DNA from: an uncultured archaeon | Lineage (GTDB): Archaea > Asgardarchaeota > Thorarchaeia > Thorarchaeales > Thorarchaeaceae | Direction: 5' to 3' | DNA length: 39,724 nucleotides | Assembly (NCBI GenBank): GCA_964631415.1 | Contig: CAZVZC010000016.1 | Coordinates: forward strand, 1 to 39,724 | Shown: positions 18,516-27,739 of the stretch, one piece after another | Layout of the letters: every line of letters begins with the position of its first letter | Numbering within the stretch: position 1 is the first letter of the stretch | The notes under the pieces: generated by a model | What the model was told of the DNA's origin: nothing | Seen by the model: only the letters and a program-made list of their open reading frames with translations | Databases searched by the model: none | Made by a program: the position numbers and the translations under genes

Positions 18516-18944
18516 ATGGTTTCGCGCTCCCTTGAGAAGATGATGCTTGTGGCTGTAGGACTGACCACAGCAGTTCTTGTCGGAGCTCCGGTCTTGCTTT
18601 ATGCTGTTGTTACAATGGACACGGCCGCACAGGTCGGACAAGCAGAAACCTTGGCTGACACAATGCACAACGCAACTGGCAGGGTAGATACTGGAAGCAC
18701 AAGCGAGATCACAGTTGAGGTCGTGGTACCAAAGTATACGAATGTAACTGCACTTGGGACTACTCTTACTGTTACATATCGAAGAGAGAACACCGAGCCG
18801 ATTATCTGGTCTGAAACCTACAGCCACAATATAGTCATGCAGGCAGGTCCATCCTTCGCACCGGGCGCTTTCTTTGTGCGGGTCAGACTAGTTGCAGACA
18901 CAATAGAGATCATGTTTTCATTCACTATTCCACCCCATGCCTAG
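18516..18944 (+). CDS. Secreted or membrane-anchored protein with a pilin-like hydrophobic N-terminus
   Basis: MVSRSLE followed by a long hydrophobic helix and a beta-rich domain. TTTATT lies about 27 nt upstream, suggesting a leaderless mRNA. Confidence 0.6.
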   Translation: MVSRSLEKMMLVAVGLTTAVLVGAPVLLYAVVTMDTAAQVGQAETLADTMHNATGRVDTGSTSEITVEVVVPKYTNVTALGTTLTVTYRRENTEPIIWSETYSHNIVMQAGPSFAPGAFFVRVRLVADTIEIMFSFTIPPHA

Positions 18945-19026
18945 CTGTCTCCCTTGTCCAACGCAACGTTTTTAATGTCACCCCAGTTCTCCGGCCGTCA
19001 CACGGCCCAAGACGAGGACTGATGCA

Positions 19027-20097
19027 GTGGCAGAAGATGCCGAGAGGTCAGACAAAGGCAAGACTGAAGCCGGCCAGACGGAGGGAGCCAGTGAAGAGGA
19101 GAAGACTGGTGCTCTCGCTGAGAAGCCAAGGCCGTCCTATCGTGAGATGATATCCAGCCCTCTTGGGCACATCTTCAATGTTCGCATGCTTCGCCGAGTG
19201 GTTCAGATTGTCTTCTTGTTAGGCATCAATGCTTACGTAATGGTGTCATTGTTCGGTGGTCAGCAGTTCGTAGCGTTCTGGACTGAGTTAGGTCGCATTC
19301 TTCCCACCATACCTATCCTTGCTCCTCTGCAAGGACCCGCAGCAATCATTGCTGGGTCCTTTGACACATTACAGCGGGAGTTCAGCAGTGGGCTGTTCCC
19401 ATTCTTCACGATAGGAGCAATGGTGATCATCCTGACAGTCGTCGGCAGGACAGCCTGCGCATGGGCTTGTCCGATTGGCACGATACAGGACTTTGCCACG
19501 CTGCCTATGCGGAACAAGATCAGACCTGCCCCCAGCACAGAAGAGGAACTGCGAAGGGTGAAGGCATATGTCTTCATCATTGTGATGTTCTTAGTCGTCT
19601 GGGTAGGTATAGGCAGATGGACTGGCACGGTCGACATGCTCACTGCGGCCCTTGGGCCCTTCGCCGTCGCTGCATTCGACCCATTCAACCCTGCCTACAT
19701 CCTGTTTGTTGCACTCCCAAACATAATCAGTCAACATCTATGGCCGGTGAGCCTCGATACTCTATGGTACATCCTTCAATGGGGCTGGTTCCTTGGTCAG
19801 TTTGTCTTTGTGCTAATAGTAGTAGTGGCGTCAGTCTGGTTTCCAAGATGGTTCTGCAGATGGCTGTGCCCTGCCGGATGGATATACGGTGTCTTCTCGA
19901 AGGATGCCCTTATTGGAATTGGCCGAAACCCGGCCAAGTGCACACCAGAAACTTGCAACGTGTGCGAGGTCGTTTGTCCCATGAACATCAGAATCAGACG
20001 CTTCCCGTATCAGCACATGCACAGTCCCGACTGCATTATGTGTCTTGAGTGCAAGAGCCACTGTCCCAACAAAGCAATACTGATACGCTTCTCATGA
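19027..20097 (+). CDS. Membrane 4Fe-4S protein (NapH/RdxA/YccM family)
   Basis: GRTACAWACPIG and RWFCRWLCPAG motifs, TM helices, and C-terminal CNVCEVVCP and CIMCLECKSHCP. Confidence 0.88.
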   Translation: MAEDAERSDKGKTEAGQTEGASEEEKTGALAEKPRPSYREMISSPLGHIFNVRMLRRVVQIVFLLGINAYVMVSLFGGQQFVAFWTELGRILPTIPILAPLQGPAAIIAGSFDTLQREFSSGLFPFFTIGAMVIILTVVGRTACAWACPIGTIQDFATLPMRNKIRPAPSTEEELRRVKAYVFIIVMFLVVWVGIGRWTGTVDMLTAALGPFAVAAFDPFNPAYILFVALPNIISQHLWPVSLDTLWYILQWGWFLGQFVFVLIVVVASVWFPRWFCRWLCPAGWIYGVFSKDALIGIGRNPAKCTPETCNVCEVVCPMNIRIRRFPYQHMHSPDCIMCLECKSHCPNKAILIRFS

Positions 20098-20421
20098 ACG
20101 CTTTCCGCTGGTTTCTCGAGCTGCTCGTTCAAACCCCTCGCTGACTTTAGCATAGATTCTCATCAGTCTGTGCCCCAACTCCGTCACACGAGCTCCTCCA
20201 CCGCCCACTGTTCCGCCCTTGTGAGTTTCTATCAGTCGTGTGCCGAGCTTTTTCTCTATGCCTCTAATCACGCCCCACGCATATCGGTAGGACATCCCAA
20301 GCCTCTTGGCTCCCTCAGTTATAGTGCCGCTTTCGTCAACAGCCTTCAGAATCTGATAGGCGCCCTGGCCAAAGACATAGTTGCCATCGCGCTCTAACCA
20401 TAGCTTCCACTTCGCAGTCAA
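20092..20421 (-). CDS. modE: ModE-type winged-helix regulator (stand-alone N-terminal domain)
   Basis: VFGQG..ILKAVDESGTITEGAKRLGMSYRYAW...KGGTVGGGARVT. Confidence 0.85.
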   Translation of the reverse strand: MTAKWKLWLERDGNYVFGQGAYQILKAVDESGTITEGAKRLGMSYRYAWGVIRGIEKKLGTRLIETHKGGTVGGGGARVTELGHRLMRIYAKVSEGFERAARETSGKRS

Positions 20422-20513
20422 GGCACGAGTGATGCCCTCTTCATTATTCGTTGAGTCTTGCCCCCTACACAGTACAGCTCACGAGATTCATTCAGCCCGT
20501 AGCCTTGGACGAT

Positions 20514-20744
20514 CTAAGGATGACCCCAACGTAGTCGTTCGGGCTTTGTGTCCTTCTTGAAGGCCTTCTTAACACTCTTCCAGTGATCCGAACAAAGGTA
20601 GGTCTTTCGTGATGCTGCATCCTTTAGCTTCAAACCTGACACCGCAACGCTCTCAGCTATCCTCATGGTGGCGAATGAACGCTTGGACGGATTGCTGCAT
20701 CCTGTGACACTGCAGACCTTGTCTGACTTCTCCAACTTCACCAC
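20514..20744 (-). CDS. Small basic zinc-binding protein
   Basis: CSVTGC...YLCSDH (C3H ligand set), Lys-rich. Confidence 0.7.
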   Translation of the reverse strand: MVKLEKSDKVCSVTGCSNPSKRSFATMRIAESVAVSGLKLKDAASRKTYLCSDHWKSVKKAFKKDTKPERLRWGHP

Positions 20745-20777
20745 TTCAATGCGGGTGGCTGTCTGACACCATTATAA

Positions 20778-21788
20778 CTATGTTGGCAGGCGTCTCTGGA
20801 CTGCCCTGTCACGTGGTGTTAAGACAGGTCCTCTAGAGAAGTCGAATAGGACACGGTCTTCTCGACCACTCCTCAGCCTGAGACTGTGAGAGTCATCGAC
20901 ATGCCCAATCGATGCAATCTCCATGCCGTGATCCCAGACTATCTGTGAAACACGATGGACATTCTTCTCTCGGAGGGACACCAGAAAGCCTAGAGAGATG
21001 TACATCCGGATCCAGTCTTCCAGCTCAATGGAGTCGGGACTGGTGTTCTTGACAGCGTCCATGTCGATATATCCGCCCATGTCGGAGTACTCGAGCATCA
21101 TTCCTGTTGTCCCAACGAGCCCTGCCACGGAAACATCCTTCGAAGCACTGAGGACGTGCGCCCCTGCGAGAGTATTCATAGTAGACAGCCGATCCACGAC
21201 CGATTCTGAAGGTGCATCCGAAACACAGTCCCAGCCCAGCTTATAGCTGGATCCTCGCTTGCCATTCCTGTCATATATCAGCATAATCACGTCGTCAGGC
21301 TGGGCCCCCCCAGACGTCAGCAGGTCGCGCTTCTTGACCTTTCCAACCGCAGACCCAACAACATATGTGGTCCCGGAACGCGGGTTCGTGTGGCCACGGA
21401 CTATGGGAACCCTGAACTTGTTAGAACCATCAATCAGACCCTGAAGAAGCATGTTTCCGATTTGGGAATCGGAGTATGAGAGTGCAATGGCAAAGGAGTT
21501 GGGAACACCGCCTGCGGCATAAATGTCCATGACATTTGCGAGGACAACGTTGAAGCCTGCCGCTCGAGGATAGTGCAGGCATAGCTCCTCAACAATCGAA
21601 TCTGTCGTGAGGAGCATGACCTCGTCCCTTTCCATTTCGATGACTGCCGAGTCTTCGCCCAGCGAGTGAGGAAGACCACCCCTGTACGACTCTTCCCGGA
21701 GTCTAGTCAGAATCTGGGGCAATACGTACTTCCGTGATATGCCATCAAAGTCATGCAGGACACGGACAAACTCGTCAAGAGGCTTCAA
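20778..21788 (-). CDS. AIR synthase/SelD-superfamily protein (methanogenesis marker 2 / COG2144-like)
   Basis: FDGISRK, GEDSAVI, NVMDIYAAGG, VPIVRGHT and KDVSVAGLVGT..MLEYS. Confidence 0.8.
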   Translation of the reverse strand: MKPLDEFVRVLHDFDGISRKYVLPQILTRLREESYRGGLPHSLGEDSAVIEMERDEVMLLTTDSIVEELCLHYPRAAGFNVVLANVMDIYAAGGVPNSFAIALSYSDSQIGNMLLQGLIDGSNKFRVPIVRGHTNPRSGTTYVVGSAVGKVKKRDLLTSGGAQPDDVIMLIYDRNGKRGSSYKLGWDCVSDAPSESVVDRLSTMNTLAGAHVLSASKDVSVAGLVGTTGMMLEYSDMGGYIDMDAVKNTSPDSIELEDWIRMYISLGFLVSLREKNVHRVSQIVWDHGMEIASIGHVDDSHSLRLRSGREDRVLFDFSRGPVLTPRDRAVQRRLPT

Positions 21789-21817
21789 AGATGATCACTC
21801 TGGTGGACAATCTCGAA

Positions 21818-21943
21818 TCACGGTGGTCCAAGATAGGCAATCGCAAAGGCAGCCTGACCAAGAAGAATGCCTATTCCCAACAGCGACATTCCCACCATGA
21901 AGTAGATGAGCGCTCTCATCTCAGGCCGCACTTCATCCAACAC
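21818..21943 (-). CDS. Unannotated 41-aa single-TM micro-protein (MLDEVRPEMRALIYFMVGMSLLGIGILLGQAAFAIAYLGPP)
   Basis: GAGGCG SD before the GTG, TATAAG about 42 nt upstream, one hydrophobic helix. Fills the gap before the COG2144-like gene. Confidence 0.65.
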   Translation of the reverse strand: MLDEVRPEMRALIYFMVGMSLLGIGILLGQAAFAIAYLGPP

Positions 21944-22015
21944 TTTGTTTCGCCTCAGCAGGTGTTAGGGACCGTCGCGCGGCACTTATAGAGGTTACGG
22001 GCACTCCTGACAGTA

Positions 22016-22375
22016 TTATGAGAGCGGGCCCTTTCTCCGCAGTTTCTTGGCAAATCGCTCGGGAATCGGAACATCATGCTCCGGGTCGAAGAGGTCATGT
22101 GGAGCTTCATCAGGCAATTCCTCTTGATGCTTGATCACCTTCCTGCATCTGCCATCGCTTGTCATCTTGCGCTCCATGCAGAGTCCGAACTTGCAGTAAG
22201 GTCCTTCGCATTCGTCTTCAGCCCACGTACATTGTACGGATCTACGGCCGCCTCCGGTGAGTATCTTGTACGCCCCGGGGTGCTTGTCACATCTGAATTC
22301 CTTACACAAAGGTGAACACTCGGGGAGACCGTCTTGCATTGCAGTCAACTCCGGATAGATGTCTGTATGTTTCAT
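22016..22375 (-). CDS. Cys-rich hypothetical protein
   Basis: Eight Cys (CSPLCKEFRC, CTWAEDECEGPYCKFGLC, GRC). ATGA overlap with the upstream gene. Confidence 0.75.
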   Translation of the reverse strand: MKHTDIYPELTAMQDGLPECSPLCKEFRCDKHPGAYKILTGGGRRSVQCTWAEDECEGPYCKFGLCMERKMTSDGRCRKVIKHQEELPDEAPHDLFDPEHDVPIPERFAKKLRRKGPLS

Positions 22376-23184
22376 TTGTGCTCAGCGATACTGAGTATCG
22401 TTTCCAAAGCCCTCTGTCCCCCTTCAAGAACTTCGATAGACCGATCAACCTTCGACCTAGACTCCTCAAAGACTTTTGTGGATATGTCGCCGATCTTGTG
22501 CCTAGCGTCTAGCCTACTCGCTTCGCGCCTGAGTTCCCTTGTCTTCTTGCTCATGCCCTTCAGCCACTCACGGGCGTCTTTCACTGCACCCTTCAGTTCT
22601 TTCTTGAGCTTCTTAGTACTCGTAATCAGGGCTTCATGCTGCTCGTCATACACCTGAGCGTCCACAGAGCCCTCTAGCTGTTCAAGCTTCGAGAGCTTTG
22701 ACTCCTCGGACGTCAGTTCACTCAGGACAGCTTCAATCTTGAGAGGACCCTTGATGCTCATCAGCTCTGCTCGTCTGCTCTTGGTGCGGTCCAAGACATC
22801 CCTCAAGGTTTCGGCTCGTGCTGTGAGAACAGCCCTGTCAGCATTCTTTAGAGATAGAGCTTGGCGGGTCGCTTGTATCTGACGAATCAGTTCATCGAGA
22901 TCCCTGTCAATCACTTCGAGCTCAGCCTTTGCTAGCAGAACCGACAAAGCCCGCGGGTCCATGTCTTCAACAGTGACACCGAAATCAGGAACGGGTTGCT
23001 TGTCTGCGTCCGACACGGGCACGAGCACACCAAGAATAGGATTGGAAAGAGTCGCCGGTGGAGATGATACCATGCTTCCATCCAGACCACTGACCCCTGG
23101 GAGAGGGCTCCCGCAAGAGGTGCAGAAGCGCGCGCGCGCTACCTCAACACCGCATGATGGACACACAACGAGCGCTCTTGACAT
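22372..23184 (-). CDS. Zinc-ribbon plus coiled-coil protein with a CdvA-like C-terminus
   Basis: CPSCG..FCTSCG, long heptad helices, and LDARHKIGDISTKVFEE. Confidence 0.7.
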   Translation of the reverse strand: MSRALVVCPSCGVEVARARFCTSCGSPLPGVSGLDGSMVSSPPATLSNPILGVLVPVSDADKQPVPDFGVTVEDMDPRALSVLLAKAELEVIDRDLDELIRQIQATRQALSLKNADRAVLTARAETLRDVLDRTKSRRAELMSIKGPLKIEAVLSELTSEESKLSKLEQLEGSVDAQVYDEQHEALITSTKKLKKELKGAVKDAREWLKGMSKKTRELRREASRLDARHKIGDISTKVFEESRSKVDRSIEVLEGGQRALETILSIAEHK

Positions 23185-23260
23185 CAGATTCTTCCGCCCC
23201 AAAAGACAAGATGATATGAGCCATCTGGGCTCATTCGTGATTCTGGACTCATACAGTATA

Positions 23261-23578
23261 TCACTTGAGGGTTGCTAGCCGACTTGCGGTCTCATCCAGT
23301 TTTTCCTTTGTAGTCACCACGGTATCGGCGCCATAGTCGGGCAGGACTTTCAGCTCCTCAATAAGGAGAGCGATCGCTTTGATGGGGTCGATTTCCTTCT
23401 TGTCGAGAGATCCATCGGGAAATGTAATCGAGGCCTCAATCCACTTCTGCTTCTTGTCATCAGATGGATACAGGCAGTAGATGTAGTCGCCATTGCTACA
23501 GATGAATGATGGTGTGCACTCCCACGCCCGAGCCAAGAGCGTAGCGAAGCTCTTTGCATTTGTCGCCTTTTGTGCCAT
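23261..23578 (-). CDS. Hypothetical protein
   Basis: SD GGAGG before MAQKATN, with coding-like composition. Confidence 0.75.
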   Translation of the reverse strand: MAQKATNAKSFATLLARAWECTPSFICSNGDYIYCLYPSDDKKQKWIEASITFPDGSLDKKEIDPIKAIALLIEELKVLPDYGADTVVTTKEKLDETASRLATLK

Positions 23579-23682
23579 AGGGGATCTTCCTCCTTGGCTG
23601 GATGAGGTTGCGACGAAGTCACACAGCGGGACCTTATTTGTTTTGCTAATACACACGAACGGGTGTCATGTGGAGAAACAGA

Positions 23683-24249
23683 CTATGGCCGATGCCACTG
23701 GAACATGTAATAGGCAATCTCACCGTTCTCTCTGACCGTAGCAACCATGAATTTCTTTCTGACACTTGTCGCTAGCCGTCCTGCCCTGACTATGTCGAGA
23801 GGCATGACACCCTTCTTATGAGGAATCACGTGTACTAGGAAAGGCGCATGATCAACGCCTGGGCCATGCTCATATACAGCAAAGTCAGTCCCGAACTTGA
23901 GGCCCGGACGAACAACATAGCCAAGCTCCCTCAGTTGAGAGTACACGAGAAGCCTGTCATTGAAGTCGTCGGACTTGGCTAGGCCCACGGCAAGCAGCTC
24001 CTCCTCAGTCACATCGCGCCCTTGACGAGGATCACACACCTTCAGGGAACCTCTCTTCATAAGATAGGCGCACTCAATGAGAGAGAGTTCCAGAGGTTTG
24101 TTGAACTCGGCCGACTTCGGCTTCCTAATACCCACAGGCTGCCCGAAGTAACCATGGCCATAGAGATGCATCGCGTGCTGAGGATTCCAGACTATCACCC
24201 TGTCACCAACCAACTCTGCGACAGCGGCTTCTTCGGGCTCCAGAGACAA
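23683..24249 (-). CDS. endA: tRNA-intron endonuclease catalytic subunit
   Basis: LELSLIECAYL, GLKFGTDFAVYEHGPGVDHA and RLATSVRK (Tyr-His-Lys triad). Confidence 0.95.
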   Translation of the reverse strand: MSLEPEEAAVAELVGDRVIVWNPQHAMHLYGHGYFGQPVGIRKPKSAEFNKPLELSLIECAYLMKRGSLKVCDPRQGRDVTEEELLAVGLAKSDDFNDRLLVYSQLRELGYVVRPGLKFGTDFAVYEHGPGVDHAPFLVHVIPHKKGVMPLDIVRAGRLATSVRKKFMVATVRENGEIAYYMFQWHRP

Positions 24250-24267
24250 GACAGGACACCAGCGGAA

Positions 24268-24930
24268 TCAAGTATTGAGGGTAAGAGACAACCCTCGGAT
24301 CGCGATAGCAGCATCTTCACTGAAGTTTGCCATCTCTTCCAGCTGGTTGACAAAGTCACGGAACCTGAGCACCGTCGCAAGCGGGATAGGGCTGGGATAC
24401 AATAGAGAAACCACGTCCCGCCACTGGGCATCTATACGTTTCTCAATCCTGCAAATCTCGTCCGCTTTGGCAATCGACGTTTCGATGTTGATGGATAGGA
24501 ACCTCACAGCCTCCCTCTGTTGGGTCACAATCTCATTGACCATACGCCCCAGTTCAGTGACCTTGGCCCTCAGCTCTCCTTCAGGGATCCAAGAACCCAT
24601 GACAGCGGCCAGATGATAGCAGCAGATTTCTGCGCCGTCACACAATTTGTCGTTGTAGTGGACGAGGCGCAACAAGTCTTCTCGTTGCATGAGTGTTTGG
24701 GAAGTCGAAAGGACGTTCAGCATCGCGCGCTTGAGCTCGTCGCCCTTCTCCTCAAGGGCAGTGACCCGAGATAGGTCCTCTGCGCTAATCGACTTGCGCT
24801 GTTCGATCCATTCGGTCATCGCAGTAGTGACCATCTTTGTGGCCGACAAGGCAACTCTGAAGTGCTCGTCAAGCATCTGAGTCACGTTGGCGAGGTCACT
24901 GCTGCTGATTCGGTCACTGTCAAGGACCAC
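24268..24930 (-). CDS. DUF47/PhoU-like phosphate transport regulator
   Basis: LEEKGDELKR, REDLLRL..DKLCD, IEKRID and LEEMANFSEDAA. Confidence 0.85.
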   Translation of the reverse strand: MVLDSDRISSSDLANVTQMLDEHFRVALSATKMVTTAMTEWIEQRKSISAEDLSRVTALEEKGDELKRAMLNVLSTSQTLMQREDLLRLVHYNDKLCDGAEICCYHLAAVMGSWIPEGELRAKVTELGRMVNEIVTQQREAVRFLSINIETSIAKADEICRIEKRIDAQWRDVVSLLYPSPIPLATVLRFRDFVNQLEEMANFSEDAAIAIRGLSLTLNT

Positions 24931-25018
24931 ATTTCACGCCTCCAGAATCGAGTCGAGTTCGACCCCAGCAGTTTTTAACCCTTTGGTAACACGCGACTCT
25001 TACCACAGGTGAGAAGAA

Positions 25019-25816
25019 GTGGAACCTTGGCAAATCATAGCCGCACTGATTCAGGGATTGGTCGAGTGGTTGCCAATGAGCAGTCAAGGTATGGTAATCC
25101 TTTTCGCGCACAACATCGGCGCTGTCCCTCTCGAATCATTACTGGCCTTGTCGTTTTGGCTCCACCTCGGGACGATGTTCGCAGTGGTTGTACGGTATCG
25201 AAAAGAGATCCTGCATGTTTTGACCCTGAAGGACAGGACTCTGTTCAGGCTTCTACTCATTGCCACTGTTGGCACGGTCATCACGTCATTACCTCTCTAT
25301 TATGCTCTCAAGGTGGGAGTCCTAGTGCCCCGAGGAGAACTGTTGAACATCCTCGTGGGCCTGCTTCTGCTGCTCACAGGCGTCGTCCTCTACCTGACAA
25401 GCCGTAGGGCCCTAGTATCTGAGAACACAGACACAGGTCGCGCAATCACAGACAGAGCATCGTTTGTCACCGGGCTAGTCCAGGGTTTCTCCGTCCTCCC
25501 CGGACTGAGCCGCTCAGGAGTTACTGTGTCCACTTTGCTTATGCATAGGGTCGAGAAAGAAACAGCATTCAGTTTCAGCTTTCTGATGAGTGTTCCTGCT
25601 GTGGTGGGGATTCTCTGCTTGGAACTGCTGGGCGAAGGCGCAACATTCGGTGGTGTCAGCCCTGTAGATCTCATCGTGATGGAGGCAATCGTGTTCCTGA
25701 CTGGGCTGGCCTCAATGGAAGCTCTCCTTCGTCTCGCACGAAGAGTGCCTTTCTGGAAGCTCTGTGTTGTTCTTGCACTTGTGGCAATCACATTCGGGAT
25801 GCTGACCCTGCTGTGA
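25019..25816 (+). CDS. uppP: Undecaprenyl-diphosphate phosphatase (BacA/UppP)
   Basis: QGLVEWLPMSSQG, LHLGT, PGLSRSGVT and FSFLMSVPA. Confidence 0.92.
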   Translation: MEPWQIIAALIQGLVEWLPMSSQGMVILFAHNIGAVPLESLLALSFWLHLGTMFAVVVRYRKEILHVLTLKDRTLFRLLLIATVGTVITSLPLYYALKVGVLVPRGELLNILVGLLLLLTGVVLYLTSRRALVSENTDTGRAITDRASFVTGLVQGFSVLPGLSRSGVTVSTLLMHRVEKETAFSFSFLMSVPAVVGILCLELLGEGATFGGVSPVDLIVMEAIVFLTGLASMEALLRLARRVPFWKLCVVLALVAITFGMLTLL

Positions 25817-25822
25817 GCCCGC

Positions 25823-26539
25823 TCATTCTGTCCTCTTTTGGAACATCATCGCAATCGGAGCATTAGCAGTCCGCCACTCAGCAAGCTTCCCCTCATATTC
25901 GAGGGGAACTGGGTGTCGACCGTGGTTTCCGATCACTACGAAGAGAGTCCCAACCCGGGCTTGTTTCAACAGCACCTTGACCCAATTGTCGGTCCTTCTC
26001 ACGATCTTCTCAAGGAGAGTCTTGGGCGGTGTCCTATGGCCGTACTGGGCATATAGACTCTCGAAGTCTAGGAAGTGGAGATAAAGAAAATCGGCCTTCG
26101 AGATGTGCTTGGTCGACTCAACGTACGTTGCCATGTCATCACGGACTTCGACTGTAAAACCTGATTCGAAGCCTAACGATGCCATGTCCTCTCCACGGCA
26201 AATGACTTGAACAGACTTGCCGTAATCCCGAACATGCTGGACTAGTTGGAGCCCGCTCGAGCTTCGAAGGAGAGAGTTTGTCAGGGCGATGGCATAGGGG
26301 TCCTCTGATTCAATGAGGGCTAGCAGTTCCATGTTCTTGATCAGTGCCTCGGGCTTGCAGACGACTGCCTCAAACAGCCCGAAGTTGTCAATCATGATGA
26401 TTACCACTGCCTTTGGACTGAATCGATCGAGTATCTCTTGGTTTGCAGGAGGCAGTCCATCCGGCGCCATGATGCCAAGCAGCCTGAGGATTGTGGATGG
26501 AAACTGTGCCGCCGTCATGCGGACCTGCGGAAACGACAT
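25823..26539 (-). CDS. Alkaline-phosphatase-superfamily homolog with degenerate metal ligands
   Basis: IIMIDNFGL, LYLHFLDFE, RRTDNWV and VVIGNHG. SD GAGG before MSFPQ. Confidence 0.65.
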   Translation of the reverse strand: MSFPQVRMTAAQFPSTILRLLGIMAPDGLPPANQEILDRFSPKAVVIIMIDNFGLFEAVVCKPEALIKNMELLALIESEDPYAIALTNSLLRSSSGLQLVQHVRDYGKSVQVICRGEDMASLGFESGFTVEVRDDMATYVESTKHISKADFLYLHFLDFESLYAQYGHRTPPKTLLEKIVRRTDNWVKVLLKQARVGTLFVVIGNHGRHPVPLEYEGKLAEWRTANAPIAMMFQKRTE

Positions 26540-26773
26540 CGAGATTGCCTCATCAACTGGCCCAGTATCAGGCCAAGCCGGGTGGCGCTTCCCGGCATCC
26601 ACCGGGTGGAGGAAATGCCTGCGCTTAAGCCTTTGCGTGATGCGTTGCTGCTGCCTGAAGCAGATTCATGCTGGCAATCTTGTTGAATGCCACAGGTCAA
26701 CAGTCTTCTTAGGGATGTGCTTCTGGGAAGCATTAATAGACCAATGAATACGAGGTCAGAGTGAGGACTGGAA

Positions 26774-27727
26774 TTGACGCTCAGGGACATCATATACAAA
26801 GACAGCATCAAGTTCATTCTGTCAGGCGGCAAGGGTGGGGTCGGCAAGACCAGCTGTGCAGGCGCAATGGCCCTTCTTTCAGCGGAACACGGTTACAGAA
26901 CGCTTGTCTTGTCTACTGACCCGGCTCACAGCCTCAGCGACTCTTTTGATCAGAACTTGAGTGGAGGCGAGGTTGTCCCGATAAAGGGTGTCGAGAGACT
27001 CTCCGCCCTTGAGATTGATACTGAGAAGGGAATGAAAGAGTTTCAGCAGACCCTTGGGTCGAAAAAAGCAGGGCCGGACATGCAGATGGTGTCCCAGCTC
27101 TTGGGTGACATGGATGGCATGTCACCGCCCGGTTCTGATGAGGCAATGGCATTCGGAAAGATGCTGGAGTTCCTAGAGGACTCCTCATACGATCGAGTGA
27201 TTTTTGACACAGCGCCCACCGGACACACGCTCAAGCTCCTTGAGTTGCCCGATCTTCTTGACAGCTGGCTAGGCAAGATACTCACACTCAGACAGAAACT
27301 CAGCTCGATGATGTCAGGTTTCAAGGCTATGTTCGGCGGCCCCGCTGAAGAAGATGACTCTTGGGAGATGCTCAAGCAGACGAAGGATAAGATACGAGCT
27401 GCCAGAATCGAACTCTCAGACCCGGACACGACACAGTTTGTTGTGGTACTAATCCCTGAGGCGATGGCAGTGTTTGAAACCCAGCGTTTGCTGTCAAGTC
27501 TGAACAAGTGGCATATACCTGTAAGCCAGCTGATTGTCAACCAGCTCGTGCCAGAAAATGTGGATTGTGTGTTCTGCAGCAGACGTCGCGAGATGCAGCA
27601 GGCCAATCTTGCAGACATCAGAGACCTCTATGGTGATCTAGAAATCACAGAGGTGCCTCTCTTTAAGAACGAGATTCGTGGTATAGACGAGCTCACCACT
27701 CTAGGTAACATACTTCTGGGGTCTTAG
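26774..27727 (+). CDS. ArsA/Get3 (TRC40) family ATPase
   Basis: GGKGGVGKT, STDPAHSLSD, DTAPTGHT, a Met-rich insert (SSMMSGFKAMFGG) and C-terminal CVFC. Confidence 0.92.
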   Translation: MTLRDIIYKDSIKFILSGGKGGVGKTSCAGAMALLSAEHGYRTLVLSTDPAHSLSDSFDQNLSGGEVVPIKGVERLSALEIDTEKGMKEFQQTLGSKKAGPDMQMVSQLLGDMDGMSPPGSDEAMAFGKMLEFLEDSSYDRVIFDTAPTGHTLKLLELPDLLDSWLGKILTLRQKLSSMMSGFKAMFGGPAEEDDSWEMLKQTKDKIRAARIELSDPDTTQFVVVLIPEAMAVFETQRLLSSLNKWHIPVSQLIVNQLVPENVDCVFCSRRREMQQANLADIRDLYGDLEITEVPLFKNEIRGIDELTTLGNILLGS

Positions 27728-27739
27728 GAGGAAACGAGA

